IMG/VR virus record: IMGVR_UViG_3300001533_002608
Coordinates: 1-53,940 of that record
Source: a virus
Lineage: Duplodnaviria; Caudoviricetes
Length of the DNA stretch: 53,940 bases
Direction: 5' to 3' (one strand)
Below are positions 20,810 through 29,926 of the stretch, in pieces. Position numbers and translations under genes: made by a program. The notes under the pieces were generated by a model that made no database searches, was not told where the DNA came from, and saw only the letters and a program-made list of their open reading frames with translations. Within the stretch, counting starts at the first letter, position 1; each line of letters opens with the position of its first letter.

Positions 20810-21109
20810 ATGAATGAAAAAAGAAAAGATATAATTAAAAAAGGGCACTTTAAAAATTATGATGAGTATTATTACTCAGATGAGGGATATAGCACTGGAA
20901 CCTCTGATAGCGAGGAAGAGGCATCTTCTAGAGCTTCTAATAAAAAAATGGTAGATAGTGTCCAAAAATTTTTATGGAAAAAAGCTAAAGTTGATGATCA
21001 AGGCAATTATTCTATACATTCTAAAGATTGGAAAAAATTCATGGACGAGTTAAGAAAAGATATAGAAAAATACGGAGCTAAAAGTAAGGATTGGCCTGAA
21101 GACAAATGA
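20810..21109 (+). CDS. hypothetical protein
   Basis: 99-aa ORF in operon. Confidence 0.55.
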   Translation: MNEKRKDIIKKGHFKNYDEYYYSDEGYSTGTSDSEEEASSRASNKKMVDSVQKFLWKKAKVDDQGNYSIHSKDWKKFMDELRKDIEKYGAKSKDWPEDK

Positions 21110-21393
21110 TAAAATTTGAAGATGTCAAAAAAGGAGATATATTACTACTTCACTCAGATGAGTCTAGTATCCGTTTTTATAAAATTGATGATATTTTAGA
21201 GTCTGAAAAAGCTATAGTAACTTTGCTATCAATTGATGCAGCTGTGCCAAAAGGAACTGGAATAGTTAAAGATATATCTATTATTAAAGAATTGTGGGGT
21301 GACTCATATACTTTTGACAAAGCAAAATTTGCAACTAAAAAAGATTTAAGAAAAGCTATAATTATTGCATTTAAAGATGATACTGATATATAA
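21106..21393 (+). CDS. hypothetical protein
   Basis: ATGA overlap; 95 aa. Confidence 0.55.
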   Translation: MIKFEDVKKGDILLLHSDESSIRFYKIDDILESEKAIVTLLSIDAAVPKGTGIVKDISIIKELWGDSYTFDKAKFATKKDLRKAIIIAFKDDTDI

Positions 21394-21415
21394 CAACTAA
21401 GAGGATAAGTGGTTT

Positions 21416-21580
21416 ATGGGTAATAAAAAAGAAAACAAGAATAAAAGAGAATCCTACTCACGAGCTGGCGAGGGTGATGACGAAAGAGCTAATGACCAAT
21501 TAAATAAAGAATGGGAGAAAAAATATTGGTCACACTTTTTCAATGAGATAAATGGAAGGACTAAAAATGACAAAAGTTAA
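21416..21580 (+). CDS. small hypothetical protein (54 aa, not in ORF track)
   Basis: MGNKKENK...NDKS* fills the gap between genes. Confidence 0.5.
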   Translation: MGNKKENKNKRESYSRAGEGDDERANDQLNKEWEKKYWSHFFNEINGRTKNDKS

Positions 21581-21956
21581 GTATGCTATTGTAGTATCTA
21601 TGACATCTAGTGCCAAATTCGCATATAAAATATATAAGGTACACTCGCCAGAATATGAAAATAGGTATTCTTTTAAAATAGAAGTTGAGACGATAGAGCC
21701 AGTTGTTGGAAGTTTCTTCGCCTTAAAAAAAGGTGAGACTTTTTTAATTGATCCAGACAATTTATTTGACAATAAAAAACAGGCAATAGAATCTACAATT
21801 GAAATGATTAAAAGTCTGAGTACCAGTTATCAATCACACTTGATAAATAAGCACGGAAAACTATTTGATTATATATTCGAGAATGCTGATTACCCTATAA
21901 AGAATTTTGAAAATGTATATAAAAAATTTATACGAGAGTTAAATAAGAATGAATAA
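21567..21956 (+). CDS. hypothetical protein, paralog of next gene
   Basis: AAGGA RBS before MTKVKYAIV; aligns by eye with 21949..22320. Confidence 0.6.
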   Translation: MTKVKYAIVVSMTSSAKFAYKIYKVHSPEYENRYSFKIEVETIEPVVGSFFALKKGETFLIDPDNLFDNKKQAIESTIEMIKSLSTSYQSHLINKHGKLFDYIFENADYPIKNFENVYKKFIRELNKNE

Positions 21957-22320
21957 GAAATATGCAGTTGTTAGTGGAAACACAATTAGTGGTGGTTTAG
22001 CATACACTATATTTGAAGTTAAAGTAAAAGATGAAGACGAGTGGCTAGTGGGTAAAAAAGTAACTAGCGGATACTTTAGGCTTAAACCTAATTCTATTTT
22101 AACTAGAGTTCCTTTTCTGCTAGATTCGAAAAAAGAGGCCGCTGAGCATCTATTAGGTTTAATTTATTTACATTCTTCTGGCGAGAATAAAAAAATAAAT
22201 TTAAAAGATGTAACTCCAAAAAATTCACTTGATCATATATTTAGAACTGGATTTTCTGGAATAAAAGATTTCCCTGGAATAATAGAAGAAACAATGGAAA
22301 TATTAAATAATGAAGTTTAA
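21949..22320 (+). CDS. hypothetical protein, paralog of previous gene
   Basis: Shared KYA.V...AY.I..V...F.LK...D.KK.A...D.IF...IK.F pattern. Confidence 0.6.
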   Translation: MNKKYAVVSGNTISGGLAYTIFEVKVKDEDEWLVGKKVTSGYFRLKPNSILTRVPFLLDSKKEAAEHLLGLIYLHSSGENKKINLKDVTPKNSLDHIFRTGFSGIKDFPGIIEETMEILNNEV

Positions 22321-22693
22321 GAAAATTAATATAGAAGATGTAGAAGATTTAAAATTTTATTGGACTCCTCCAAAAAAATTTTATGATAAAAATCCAGCAG
22401 ATGATTTTTTTGAAAACGAATATACTTTTGTATTATATACTGGATATATGCCTAAAACATCTTATGTAGAAGACAGGGGGATTACAATACGATCAAACTC
22501 ATTGGAAATTGAGGATAAAATTGGCAATGACTATGAGTCCGATCGTCTGCCTGATGCTTTCGAGACACATTATTTTTTTGAAATTGATCAGAGTAAAGTT
22601 CCCGATGAAGTTAAAAGACCTGTATTGTTATTTATATTTAATAGTGATGATCCTTTTAATAAATATTTACAAGAAATACCCGAAGAGTGGTAA
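22310..22693 (+). CDS. hypothetical protein
   Basis: 127-aa ORF, overlapping start. Confidence 0.55.
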   Translation: MKFKKINIEDVEDLKFYWTPPKKFYDKNPADDFFENEYTFVLYTGYMPKTSYVEDRGITIRSNSLEIEDKIGNDYESDRLPDAFETHYFFEIDQSKVPDEVKRPVLLFIFNSDDPFNKYLQEIPEEW

Positions 22694-22711
22694 AAATATT
22701 GGAAGTAACTA

Positions 22712-23032
22712 ATGAAAGTTGATGGACCAAATATTGGAAGATACTTTATAAAGGCAACATACGAAGGAATTAGGATTAAAGATACTATAGTAAAATATTC
22801 ACCTAAAAGATTAATAGAAATATTAGAAGATCTTGCACGAGATATTTATAAAGAATCTCATATAGTTCTGAATCGTATAAATTTCGTACAGAAAAATAAA
22901 ATGTTTGTTATTATTTCTGGTACTATGGAGCCAAAACTTAATGATGGGGATGAAGGTGTATATATCAATATGCGATTTTATATAGATGATAATGGCAACA
23001 TAAATAGCATAACAATAGAAGAAAAAACTTAA
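22712..23032 (+). CDS. hypothetical protein
   Basis: 106-aa ORF. Confidence 0.55.
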   Translation: MKVDGPNIGRYFIKATYEGIRIKDTIVKYSPKRLIEILEDLARDIYKESHIVLNRINFVQKNKMFVIISGTMEPKLNDGDEGVYINMRFYIDDNGNINSITIEEKT

Positions 23033-23043
23033 AGAGGAAATAG

Positions 23044-24438
23044 ATGAATTTATTAGAGTTAATGAATAAACATGGATTAGTTACCGAGGGCGGTGCCGGA
23101 GGGCATATGAAACATCCGTATGAAAGATACCAAACCCCGGAAGAGCTACTTAAATTTTTTAACGATTTCTTATCTGGCAATCTAGGTGGAACCGAAAAAG
23201 TAGATGGTTATAATTTATTTGTTGGTTATGATAACAATGGAAATGTAGTAGCTGTAAGAAATAAAAACCATGAACCCATAAAAAATATAACTAAGAAATT
23301 TAATTTAACCCATGGAGCTTTTGAAGGATTTAATGCAGGATGGAAAGCAATTAAATCTAAATTTGATCAATTATCTAAAGAAGAAAGAAAAGAGTTTGGA
23401 TTAATAAGTGAAAATGGTAAGCCTCTAAACTTTATAAATTTAGAAATACTATTTGGATATATTCCTAATGTTGTGCCATATTCTAAAACGAAAAATTTTA
23501 TAGTCTTTCATAATCTTGCTGGGTCACCAGAAAATAATTGGAATTCGCCAGATATAGAAAATGAAAAGAATATGCTAAAAAGACTAGCTAATGTATTTAG
23601 CACAGTATCTGTACATGGACCACGTATAAAATTTACTGGAGAGCCTGGTGAAGTTGATATGGAAAAAGAATTCGTTAATTCTTTTTGGCAATTTAAGGGA
23701 CCAATAGAAATAAATAAAGAAGATATAAAAAAAGACCTAAAGAATGTAATAGATGAGTGGCAATCCTTTCCAGAAGTGCAAAAATTACGCAATTTTACCA
23801 AGAAAAAAGTCCCACCAAAAGACTCAGAAGCTTATAAAGAATACGATGATGAAAGATTTAAATTAATGAAATCTGTTACTAAAAGAATTGGCTCAGAAGT
23901 GCTAAAGAATATGGTATCTAAGTTATCCGATACTGGTTATGTAGTAGCAGGCCATCCTGGTATGGAAGGCATAGCATTAGATATCGAAGGGGATCTTATC
24001 AAAATAACTGGAGACTTCTTGGACTTCAATAAGCCAGATGAAATTCCAAACGTAGATGCAACAAAGAAAATAAGAGAGTATATACAGAAAGATGTACTTG
24101 GCCTTACAGTAACGACTTTGAGTAGTCTAAAGGATAAATCAGTAAAAGGGCTTATTGATTTTGTTTTAAATAGAAGAAAGAAAAAATATTCTTATGATAT
24201 AGATGAGCCTATAGGTCCTAGAGTAAAAGCTGATATCAGAACCATGATACAAGAGTCTCAACAAGAATTAAAAGGTGCATTAGAAATAATAAGGGATAAG
24301 GGACGTGAATATGATGAGAAAAGCCTTTTAATCCAATCTTATTTATTATCTTCTTTTAGCAAAGAACTTGAGAAAGTACAAACTCATGAAGATTTAATAG
24401 TAGGATATGGAAAAATATTTTATAACATTAAAAGGTAA
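23044..24438 (+). CDS. conserved large-phage protein (EGGA.GHM.HP...TEKVDG; possible ligase/nucleotidyltransferase fold)
   Basis: EKxDG motif, later EGI and KITGDF motifs reminiscent of RNA-ligase-type folds. Confidence 0.55.
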   Translation: MNLLELMNKHGLVTEGGAGGHMKHPYERYQTPEELLKFFNDFLSGNLGGTEKVDGYNLFVGYDNNGNVVAVRNKNHEPIKNITKKFNLTHGAFEGFNAGWKAIKSKFDQLSKEERKEFGLISENGKPLNFINLEILFGYIPNVVPYSKTKNFIVFHNLAGSPENNWNSPDIENEKNMLKRLANVFSTVSVHGPRIKFTGEPGEVDMEKEFVNSFWQFKGPIEINKEDIKKDLKNVIDEWQSFPEVQKLRNFTKKKVPPKDSEAYKEYDDERFKLMKSVTKRIGSEVLKNMVSKLSDTGYVVAGHPGMEGIALDIEGDLIKITGDFLDFNKPDEIPNVDATKKIREYIQKDVLGLTVTTLSSLKDKSVKGLIDFVLNRRKKKYSYDIDEPIGPRVKADIRTMIQESQQELKGALEIIRDKGREYDEKSLLIQSYLLSSFSKELEKVQTHEDLIVGYGKIFYNIKR

Positions 24439-24442
24439 AACA

Positions 24443-25870
24443 ATGGATGATAGTATTTTTGAATTTTTTAATTATATTAATGAAGAACTTGAATTAAATG
24501 AAATAACAATTATGAAAAGGCCTGATGCTATGTTAGATTTTAGCAGTAATCAGGGAGCAACAAAAAAACTTCTTGTAGCTCTTGAAAGAGAAGGGATGAA
24601 GAAAACAGATTATAAACTAAAACAAATAAAAAAATATGAACCAGGAGACGAGACAAGTTTTAGTGAGGTTATTTTTGTAGATATCTCTAGCTCATCTAGA
24701 GCAGTAATGCAATTACTTGATAACGACGGTCAGCCGATAGAACCTCCAAAATATTTAATATTAAATGGACAACAGGTAAAGTATCTAAGAGGGCAACAAG
24801 TTGGGGCCACGTTACATGAAATAGCATTTGGTATTTTTGCAAAAGATCCATCTATAGAATTAAAAGATATAGATGATATAAGAGTAGCAGCGGTTAATAT
24901 ATTTAGTGATATAAATGCAGAAGATGTAACTATGTTTGATAAAAGTATAATAGATGACTCAAAAATATTAGCGAAAGGTTTTAGAGAAAAATTTGATGAC
25001 AGAAACCCAAAAGAAGTTATATGGACTGCTAAAGATTCAAAATATGAACCTGCCGACGTAGTTTTAAAATATGAAGACAATACATTATCAAGAATATCCC
25101 TAAAACAAAGAAAAGCTCAACTAGCAAGTTTATCCCCAAGTATGGTTACTAGTATTATAAATACATCTCTTAGCGAGGAATTAGAAAACTTTGGCGGTAG
25201 AGGTAGTAAGAATAATTTTGTTGATTGGTTATACTCTATAGATAAATATAAGAAAGATCTTAACGAGATGACAGAAAGATGGGCAAAATTAATCTTAGAA
25301 TTTGAAATTGATAATAAAGAACTAGAAAAAGATTTGAAACAGGTTTCAACGTGGAGTGACTGGAAAGATGTCCTCTCTAATAAGATTTATAAAGATGAAA
25401 TAAGTATACTATCATCTTCAGTAACGAGAGATAACGCGACCAAAAAAGAATGGATAAAAATCAGAAAAGAGACTATAGTAAAGGTTATAAGAGATAAACT
25501 AGAAGAGCATTTAGAAAAAGGCAATGAAGAGTCTGTAAAAAATTTATATATAAAAGTATTTAGAATACAAGATAATCCTTATTTTTATGTTGGAGAAAGT
25601 GGAAAGAAAATAATAAGAGTTCCCACAAAAGAGGAGTTTAACGATATAGCTGATAATTTACATTTTGAAATCCAAATAAAAGAAGATGCAGCTGATTTTC
25701 AATTTATAGTTAATATAGGGAAAGCTTCTGAGATGAAAACTCTTATGGTGTTTACAATACAATTTAGATGGACCCAAAAACAAATGATTGGTAACTTAAG
25801 CGTGGTGGCAAACCAATTAAAGATATTACACCAAGAAGAGGTGGAGAAATTGATTTTTCCCGCTAGTTAA
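24443..25870 (+). CDS. putative PD-(D/E)XK-like nuclease
   Basis: LHE...PADVVL...ISLK motif; start at 24443 after AAGGT. Confidence 0.5.
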   Translation: MDDSIFEFFNYINEELELNEITIMKRPDAMLDFSSNQGATKKLLVALEREGMKKTDYKLKQIKKYEPGDETSFSEVIFVDISSSSRAVMQLLDNDGQPIEPPKYLILNGQQVKYLRGQQVGATLHEIAFGIFAKDPSIELKDIDDIRVAAVNIFSDINAEDVTMFDKSIIDDSKILAKGFREKFDDRNPKEVIWTAKDSKYEPADVVLKYEDNTLSRISLKQRKAQLASLSPSMVTSIINTSLSEELENFGGRGSKNNFVDWLYSIDKYKKDLNEMTERWAKLILEFEIDNKELEKDLKQVSTWSDWKDVLSNKIYKDEISILSSSVTRDNATKKEWIKIRKETIVKVIRDKLEEHLEKGNEESVKNLYIKVFRIQDNPYFYVGESGKKIIRVPTKEEFNDIADNLHFEIQIKEDAADFQFIVNIGKASEMKTLMVFTIQFRWTQKQMIGNLSVVANQLKILHQEEVEKLIFPAS

Positions 25871-25924
25871 AGAATAATAAAATAGTTTAATTAATAATTT
25901 TTAATAAACATCAAGAGGAAGACA

Positions 25925-26461
25925 ATGACCAGTAAAGAATTAGAAGATTCAGGTTTTAAAATGTATGTAGGACTAATTAATCCAGATGAGGGACTTGATG
26001 CATCTGGGGAGTTTACAGATGATAGGTTTCAGAGCACAATAACCAGTAAATATGGAAGGCTATATATCCCAACGATATTTAACAACAATGGCGTAATATC
26101 AGATAGAGATGAAAAGCAGATAATGAAGAATGCTAGAGAAGTTGCAACAAAAGAAGCTAACACTAAAGGATGGGCAACTGATGCTGTTATTAGAGGAATA
26201 GAGAAGAGAAAAAATATGGCCAATGTAAAAGGTGATATTCTAATGGCCCCTATTCCAAAAGAAATGATGTCAAAGATTAAGAGCGGAAATCCAATAGACT
26301 CTGCAATATTATTGACAAGAATGGCTACTCATATAATAGAAGGTAGTGAAATTTCAAGAATAAGCCCAGAGGATAAAGAAGATATTATTGAGGATCTTAA
26401 ATTGTCTAAAGAGAAAATTGAAAGAAGAAAAAAAAGAGCAACTCGTAGGAGTAAAGATTGA
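25925..26461 (+). CDS. hypothetical protein
   Basis: GAGG RBS; 178 aa. Confidence 0.6.
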   Translation: MTSKELEDSGFKMYVGLINPDEGLDASGEFTDDRFQSTITSKYGRLYIPTIFNNNGVISDRDEKQIMKNAREVATKEANTKGWATDAVIRGIEKRKNMANVKGDILMAPIPKEMMSKIKSGNPIDSAILLTRMATHIIEGSEISRISPEDKEDIIEDLKLSKEKIERRKKRATRRSKD

Positions 26462-26578
26462 CTGGAAAAGAGTTAGCCAAAGAGCTCGAAAACGATTTTG
26501 AAGAAGTTAGATCCTCATTAGCTTCACGATAACTTAAGATGCATATTTTATTAAAATAAAGTAAGGAGTGTTAATATA

Positions 26579-27211
26579 GTGGATTTAGAGAGTTTTAGAA
26601 ACAAACTTATTGTGTTCGAGGGTGCCGATCTTACTGGTAAAACTACAGTTGCTAAGATGATGGTCGATAAGCTAAATGATAATGGAATTCCAGCAGAATT
26701 TACTTTCCAGCCAGGAGATCCAAATTATGGAGTGACAGCTCCATTATTTAGATCTTTTTGTAAGGATAAAAGATGGGATTTGCATGCAATAACAAATTTC
26801 TTTATATTCTTTGCAGATAAAGTAGAACAGGCTGATAAAGTAATTAGGCCAGCTTTAGAGGTTGGCAAGACAGTTATCTCGGATAGATGGTGGTATTCTA
26901 CCTATGCATATCAATATCATGGAAAGCAAATACAACGTGATTGGAATATTCCAAAAGAATTAGGTGATTGGCTAAATAATTTATCAGTGTTAAATTATAA
27001 GCCAGATATAACGTATTATTTTTCAAAGAAATTATCTGTAAAAAGAGAAGAGGATAAAAACGATCAATTTGAAATATCCGGTGATGATTTTTTCAAAAGA
27101 GTTAATGATGCATATGAAGAGCTAGCAGAAAACCTAAATTTTGTAAGAGTAAATCCAAAAAGCTCAGCGGAGGAGACTCTCCAACATATACTCGCGCTTT
27201 CTGCTAAATAA
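26579..27211 (+). CDS. tmk: thymidylate kinase
   Basis: LIVFEGADLTGKTT P-loop, VISDRWWYSTYAYQ, KPD, FFKRV..AY. Confidence 0.9.
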   Translation: MDLESFRNKLIVFEGADLTGKTTVAKMMVDKLNDNGIPAEFTFQPGDPNYGVTAPLFRSFCKDKRWDLHAITNFFIFFADKVEQADKVIRPALEVGKTVISDRWWYSTYAYQYHGKQIQRDWNIPKELGDWLNNLSVLNYKPDITYYFSKKLSVKREEDKNDQFEISGDDFFKRVNDAYEELAENLNFVRVNPKSSAEETLQHILALSAK

Positions 27212-27238
27212 GTTTGTATATAAGCAAAGATAATAACA

Positions 27239-27643
27239 ATGAAATTATCTGAAGCTTTAGAAGTTAAAAAAGCAATCTACACTGGCACACGGCCAGATTA
27301 TAATATACACGACCCACAACCAACTATGTTAATCATTGATAAAGATTATAACGTAGATGGGAATGGTAAGAGTGTGTTAGCATTCAATCTAAATTATTTA
27401 GACAATATGCCAGATGGTGAAAAGCAATCACTTATAAGCAAAGTTAATAAAGTAGATAATAAAATACTTGGAATAGGTCCAATAAAAGCTTGGCTAAAAT
27501 CTATATTTAGTACTGGCGATTATAAAAACTTATCTAAGAAAGAAAAGATAAAAAGGTACAAAGAAATAACAAGAAAATTTCCAGAGTTAAAAAAGATTAT
27601 TAGAAGATATAAATATACTGGAATACAAGGAGATATAAAATGA
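27239..27643 (+). CDS. hypothetical protein
   Basis: 134 aa; ATG 5 nt after AAGATAA. Confidence 0.6.
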   Translation: MKLSEALEVKKAIYTGTRPDYNIHDPQPTMLIIDKDYNVDGNGKSVLAFNLNYLDNMPDGEKQSLISKVNKVDNKILGIGPIKAWLKSIFSTGDYKNLSKKEKIKRYKEITRKFPELKKIIRRYKYTGIQGDIK

Positions 27644-28392
27644 ATATAATTTATGCTATTCAAGCTTTAATTGAGTTTTTAGGTAACAAGGTAAAGGAGC
27701 AACCACCAAAAAGGATATTTGATCCAGAATGTGATCTATATAATGATTTAGAAAAATGCGATATTATGGCAGTAAGAACTTCGGGAACATTCTATTCTGG
27801 TATAATTAGCGAATTTACGAAATCACCATATAGCCATACACAACTACACACGGAGAGCGGATATGCTATTTCGGCAGAACCTAATGGAGTTGGATTTGTA
27901 GATCCAATAGAAGAGAATAAAAAAGGAAACGAGGTTATAGATATATTTAGACTTAAAGGTGGCTTAACTAGAGATCAAAGAATGAAGATAGAATCTAAAG
28001 CGTATAAAAGCATATTAGTCCCATATAATTATATCAACCTATTTAAGTTTCCCTTTTTAACCAGCTCTTCAGCAGTTAAATATTCTGGCAATAAGGCCTT
28101 TATATGCTCAGAGCATGTAGCATGGTGTTACCATAATGCAGGATTAGATTTAGTTTCCGATAGGCCAGAAAACATAGAAGCACCAGTGGATATAGCTAAA
28201 TCGGATGCTCTAGAGTACATAGGAACTTACGTAAAAGGTGTAAAATTAAAAGAAAATTTTTCTAATAAGTTTATGGGAGAAGAAGTCACTTTCTTACAAA
28301 AATTAACTAGCAGATTAATAGGATTATTTACTAAGAAAGATGAGTTCTATAGCGGGCTACAAGTAAATAAATCAAAAATGCTAAATGAATAG
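27640..28392 (+). CDS. permuted papain-like NlpC/P60 (YiiX/YebB-type) amidase/peptidase
   Basis: DI...SPYSH (His first) ... PYNY ... FICSEHVAWCY..AGL (Cys later). Confidence 0.8.
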   Translation: MNIIYAIQALIEFLGNKVKEQPPKRIFDPECDLYNDLEKCDIMAVRTSGTFYSGIISEFTKSPYSHTQLHTESGYAISAEPNGVGFVDPIEENKKGNEVIDIFRLKGGLTRDQRMKIESKAYKSILVPYNYINLFKFPFLTSSSAVKYSGNKAFICSEHVAWCYHNAGLDLVSDRPENIEAPVDIAKSDALEYIGTYVKGVKLKENFSNKFMGEEVTFLQKLTSRLIGLFTKKDEFYSGLQVNKSKMLNE

Positions 28393-28675
28393 GTAATATT
28401 ATAGTCAACTACCCTTCCCTAAAGGGAAGGGCTTGTAAAAGCCTAAGTTGACCAGAAGACTAACAGGAGGTTAGGTTGTTAGTAAACGATATTTTAGATG
28501 TAGAAACCCTTGAATGCCGTCCCAGTTCGAGGCTCTTTCGTGGCTCTGTAAGAAGTTCTGAGGTAAAGAACGGTCAACCACAATGTGAAGCTAAAATATC
28601 TTTTCGAGGGAAGGTCGGATTCAATTATAACTCCAATATAATTGATACGCATAACTCTAATAAGGAGGACATAAC
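28384..28675 (+). ncRNA. IscB omegaRNA (HEARO-like), predicted 5' guide ~28384-28403
   Basis: GTCAACTACCC...GTTGACCAG first stem, TGCCGTCCCAGTTCGAGGCTCT and CGAGGGAAG conserved-looking blocks directly upstream of iscB. Confidence 0.85.
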
Positions 28676-29926
28676 TTGAGAGTATATGTCAAAAATCTAA
28701 GGGGTGAGGCTTTAATGCCAACAACCCCACAAAAAGCAAGAACGTTGCTTAAAGCAAAAAAAGCAAAAGTTGTTTCAAGAATACCTTTTGTTATTAAACT
28801 TCTTGTGCCTACGGGAGAAACAAAACAAGAAGTAATTGCCGGAATGGATACAGGAAGTAAAGTAATAGGAACAGCTTGTATTTCAAATAATAAAGTTTTG
28901 TATCAATCGGAAACTATTATTAGAAATGATATTACAAAAAAGATGGAACGAAGAAAAATGTATCGTAGAAATAGAAGATCAAGAAAATGTAGATATAGAA
29001 AGCCAAGATTTCTTAATCGTAAAAATTCTACTAAATTAAATAGACTTGCTCCATCTATTAAAAGTAAAATCGAATCTCATTTAAGAGAAAAGAAGTTTAT
29101 TGAATCTATCTTACCTATATCTTATTGGAAGGTAGAAACAGCAAGTTTTGATATCCATAAAATATCTAATCCTGATGTTAAAAGATGGGAATACCAAAAA
29201 GGGCAACAAAAAGATTTTTATAATGTTAAGGCGTTTGTTTTAAGTCGAGATAGTTATACCTGTCAAAAATGTAAAAGTAAGAAAGGTAAACTTCATGTGC
29301 ATCATATTATTTTTAGAAGTAAAGGTGGAACAGATACCCCAGATAATCTTATTACCTTGTGTGAGGACTGCCACACTAAATTACATAAAGGTGAGTTTGA
29401 AATCAAAGGTATTAAAAGTAAAACAAAACATGCTACAGAAATGGGAATTATTAAATCACAATTAAAAAAGGTGTTTGGGGATTTTGAAGAAACATTTGGG
29501 TATGAGACAAAATATAAAAGAGAGCAAATACTACAATTGCCAAAAACACATTATAATGACGCAATTGCTATATGTTATAGTGATGGAGAATTAGCTGAAC
29601 CAATTAAAACCATATTATACAGAAAGCAAGTTAGTAAAGGCGACTACCAACAGTATAAGGGTAAAAGACCTGAAGTAAAGATACCAACTGGTAAATTATT
29701 TGGTTTTAGAAAATTTGATAAAGTAAAAACACCAGAAGGAATTGGTTTTATTAAGGGTAAGCGGAGTAGTGGATGTTTTGTAATTTCAGATATATTTGGG
29801 AATGTATTCAAAAAAAGTTATAATGCGAAAAAAGATTTAGAAAGAGTTTCAGCAAGAAAAACTATAATTATGGAGGTAGGCGTTTCCTCCCCCGCCTAAA
29901 GGCAGGGGTATCCACGCCGAAAAAGG
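28404..29926 (+). mobile_element. IS200/IS605-superfamily IscB element (no tnpA)
   Basis: Begins GTCAACTACCC with hairpin CCTTCC-CTAAAG-GGAAGG and ends with hairpin CCCCGC-CTAAAG-GCAGGGG before ATGA. Confidence 0.85.
28676..29899 (+). CDS. iscB: RNA-guided endonuclease IscB
   Basis: ALMP (PLMP) N-terminus, RuvC-I GMDTGSK, Arg-rich bridge helix, HNH CQKC...HVHH...NLITLCEDCH, RuvC-III HYNDAIAI. Confidence 0.95.
   Translation: MRVYVKNLRGEALMPTTPQKARTLLKAKKAKVVSRIPFVIKLLVPTGETKQEVIAGMDTGSKVIGTACISNNKVLYQSETIIRNDITKKMERRKMYRRNRRSRKCRYRKPRFLNRKNSTKLNRLAPSIKSKIESHLREKKFIESILPISYWKVETASFDIHKISNPDVKRWEYQKGQQKDFYNVKAFVLSRDSYTCQKCKSKKGKLHVHHIIFRSKGGTDTPDNLITLCEDCHTKLHKGEFEIKGIKSKTKHATEMGIIKSQLKKVFGDFEETFGYETKYKREQILQLPKTHYNDAIAICYSDGELAEPIKTILYRKQVSKGDYQQYKGKRPEVKIPTGKLFGFRKFDKVKTPEGIGFIKGKRSSGCFVISDIFGNVFKKSYNAKKDLERVSARKTIIMEVGVSSPA

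Noticed and set aside
26458-26532. Read-through or frameshift extension of ORF 25925..26461
   Set aside because: In-frame stops block extension; at most a separate 24-aa TTG-start ORF with little support.
28476-28679. 67-aa ORF upstream of iscB
   Set aside because: It lies inside the omegaRNA scaffold, so it is probably spurious despite an upstream AGGAGG.
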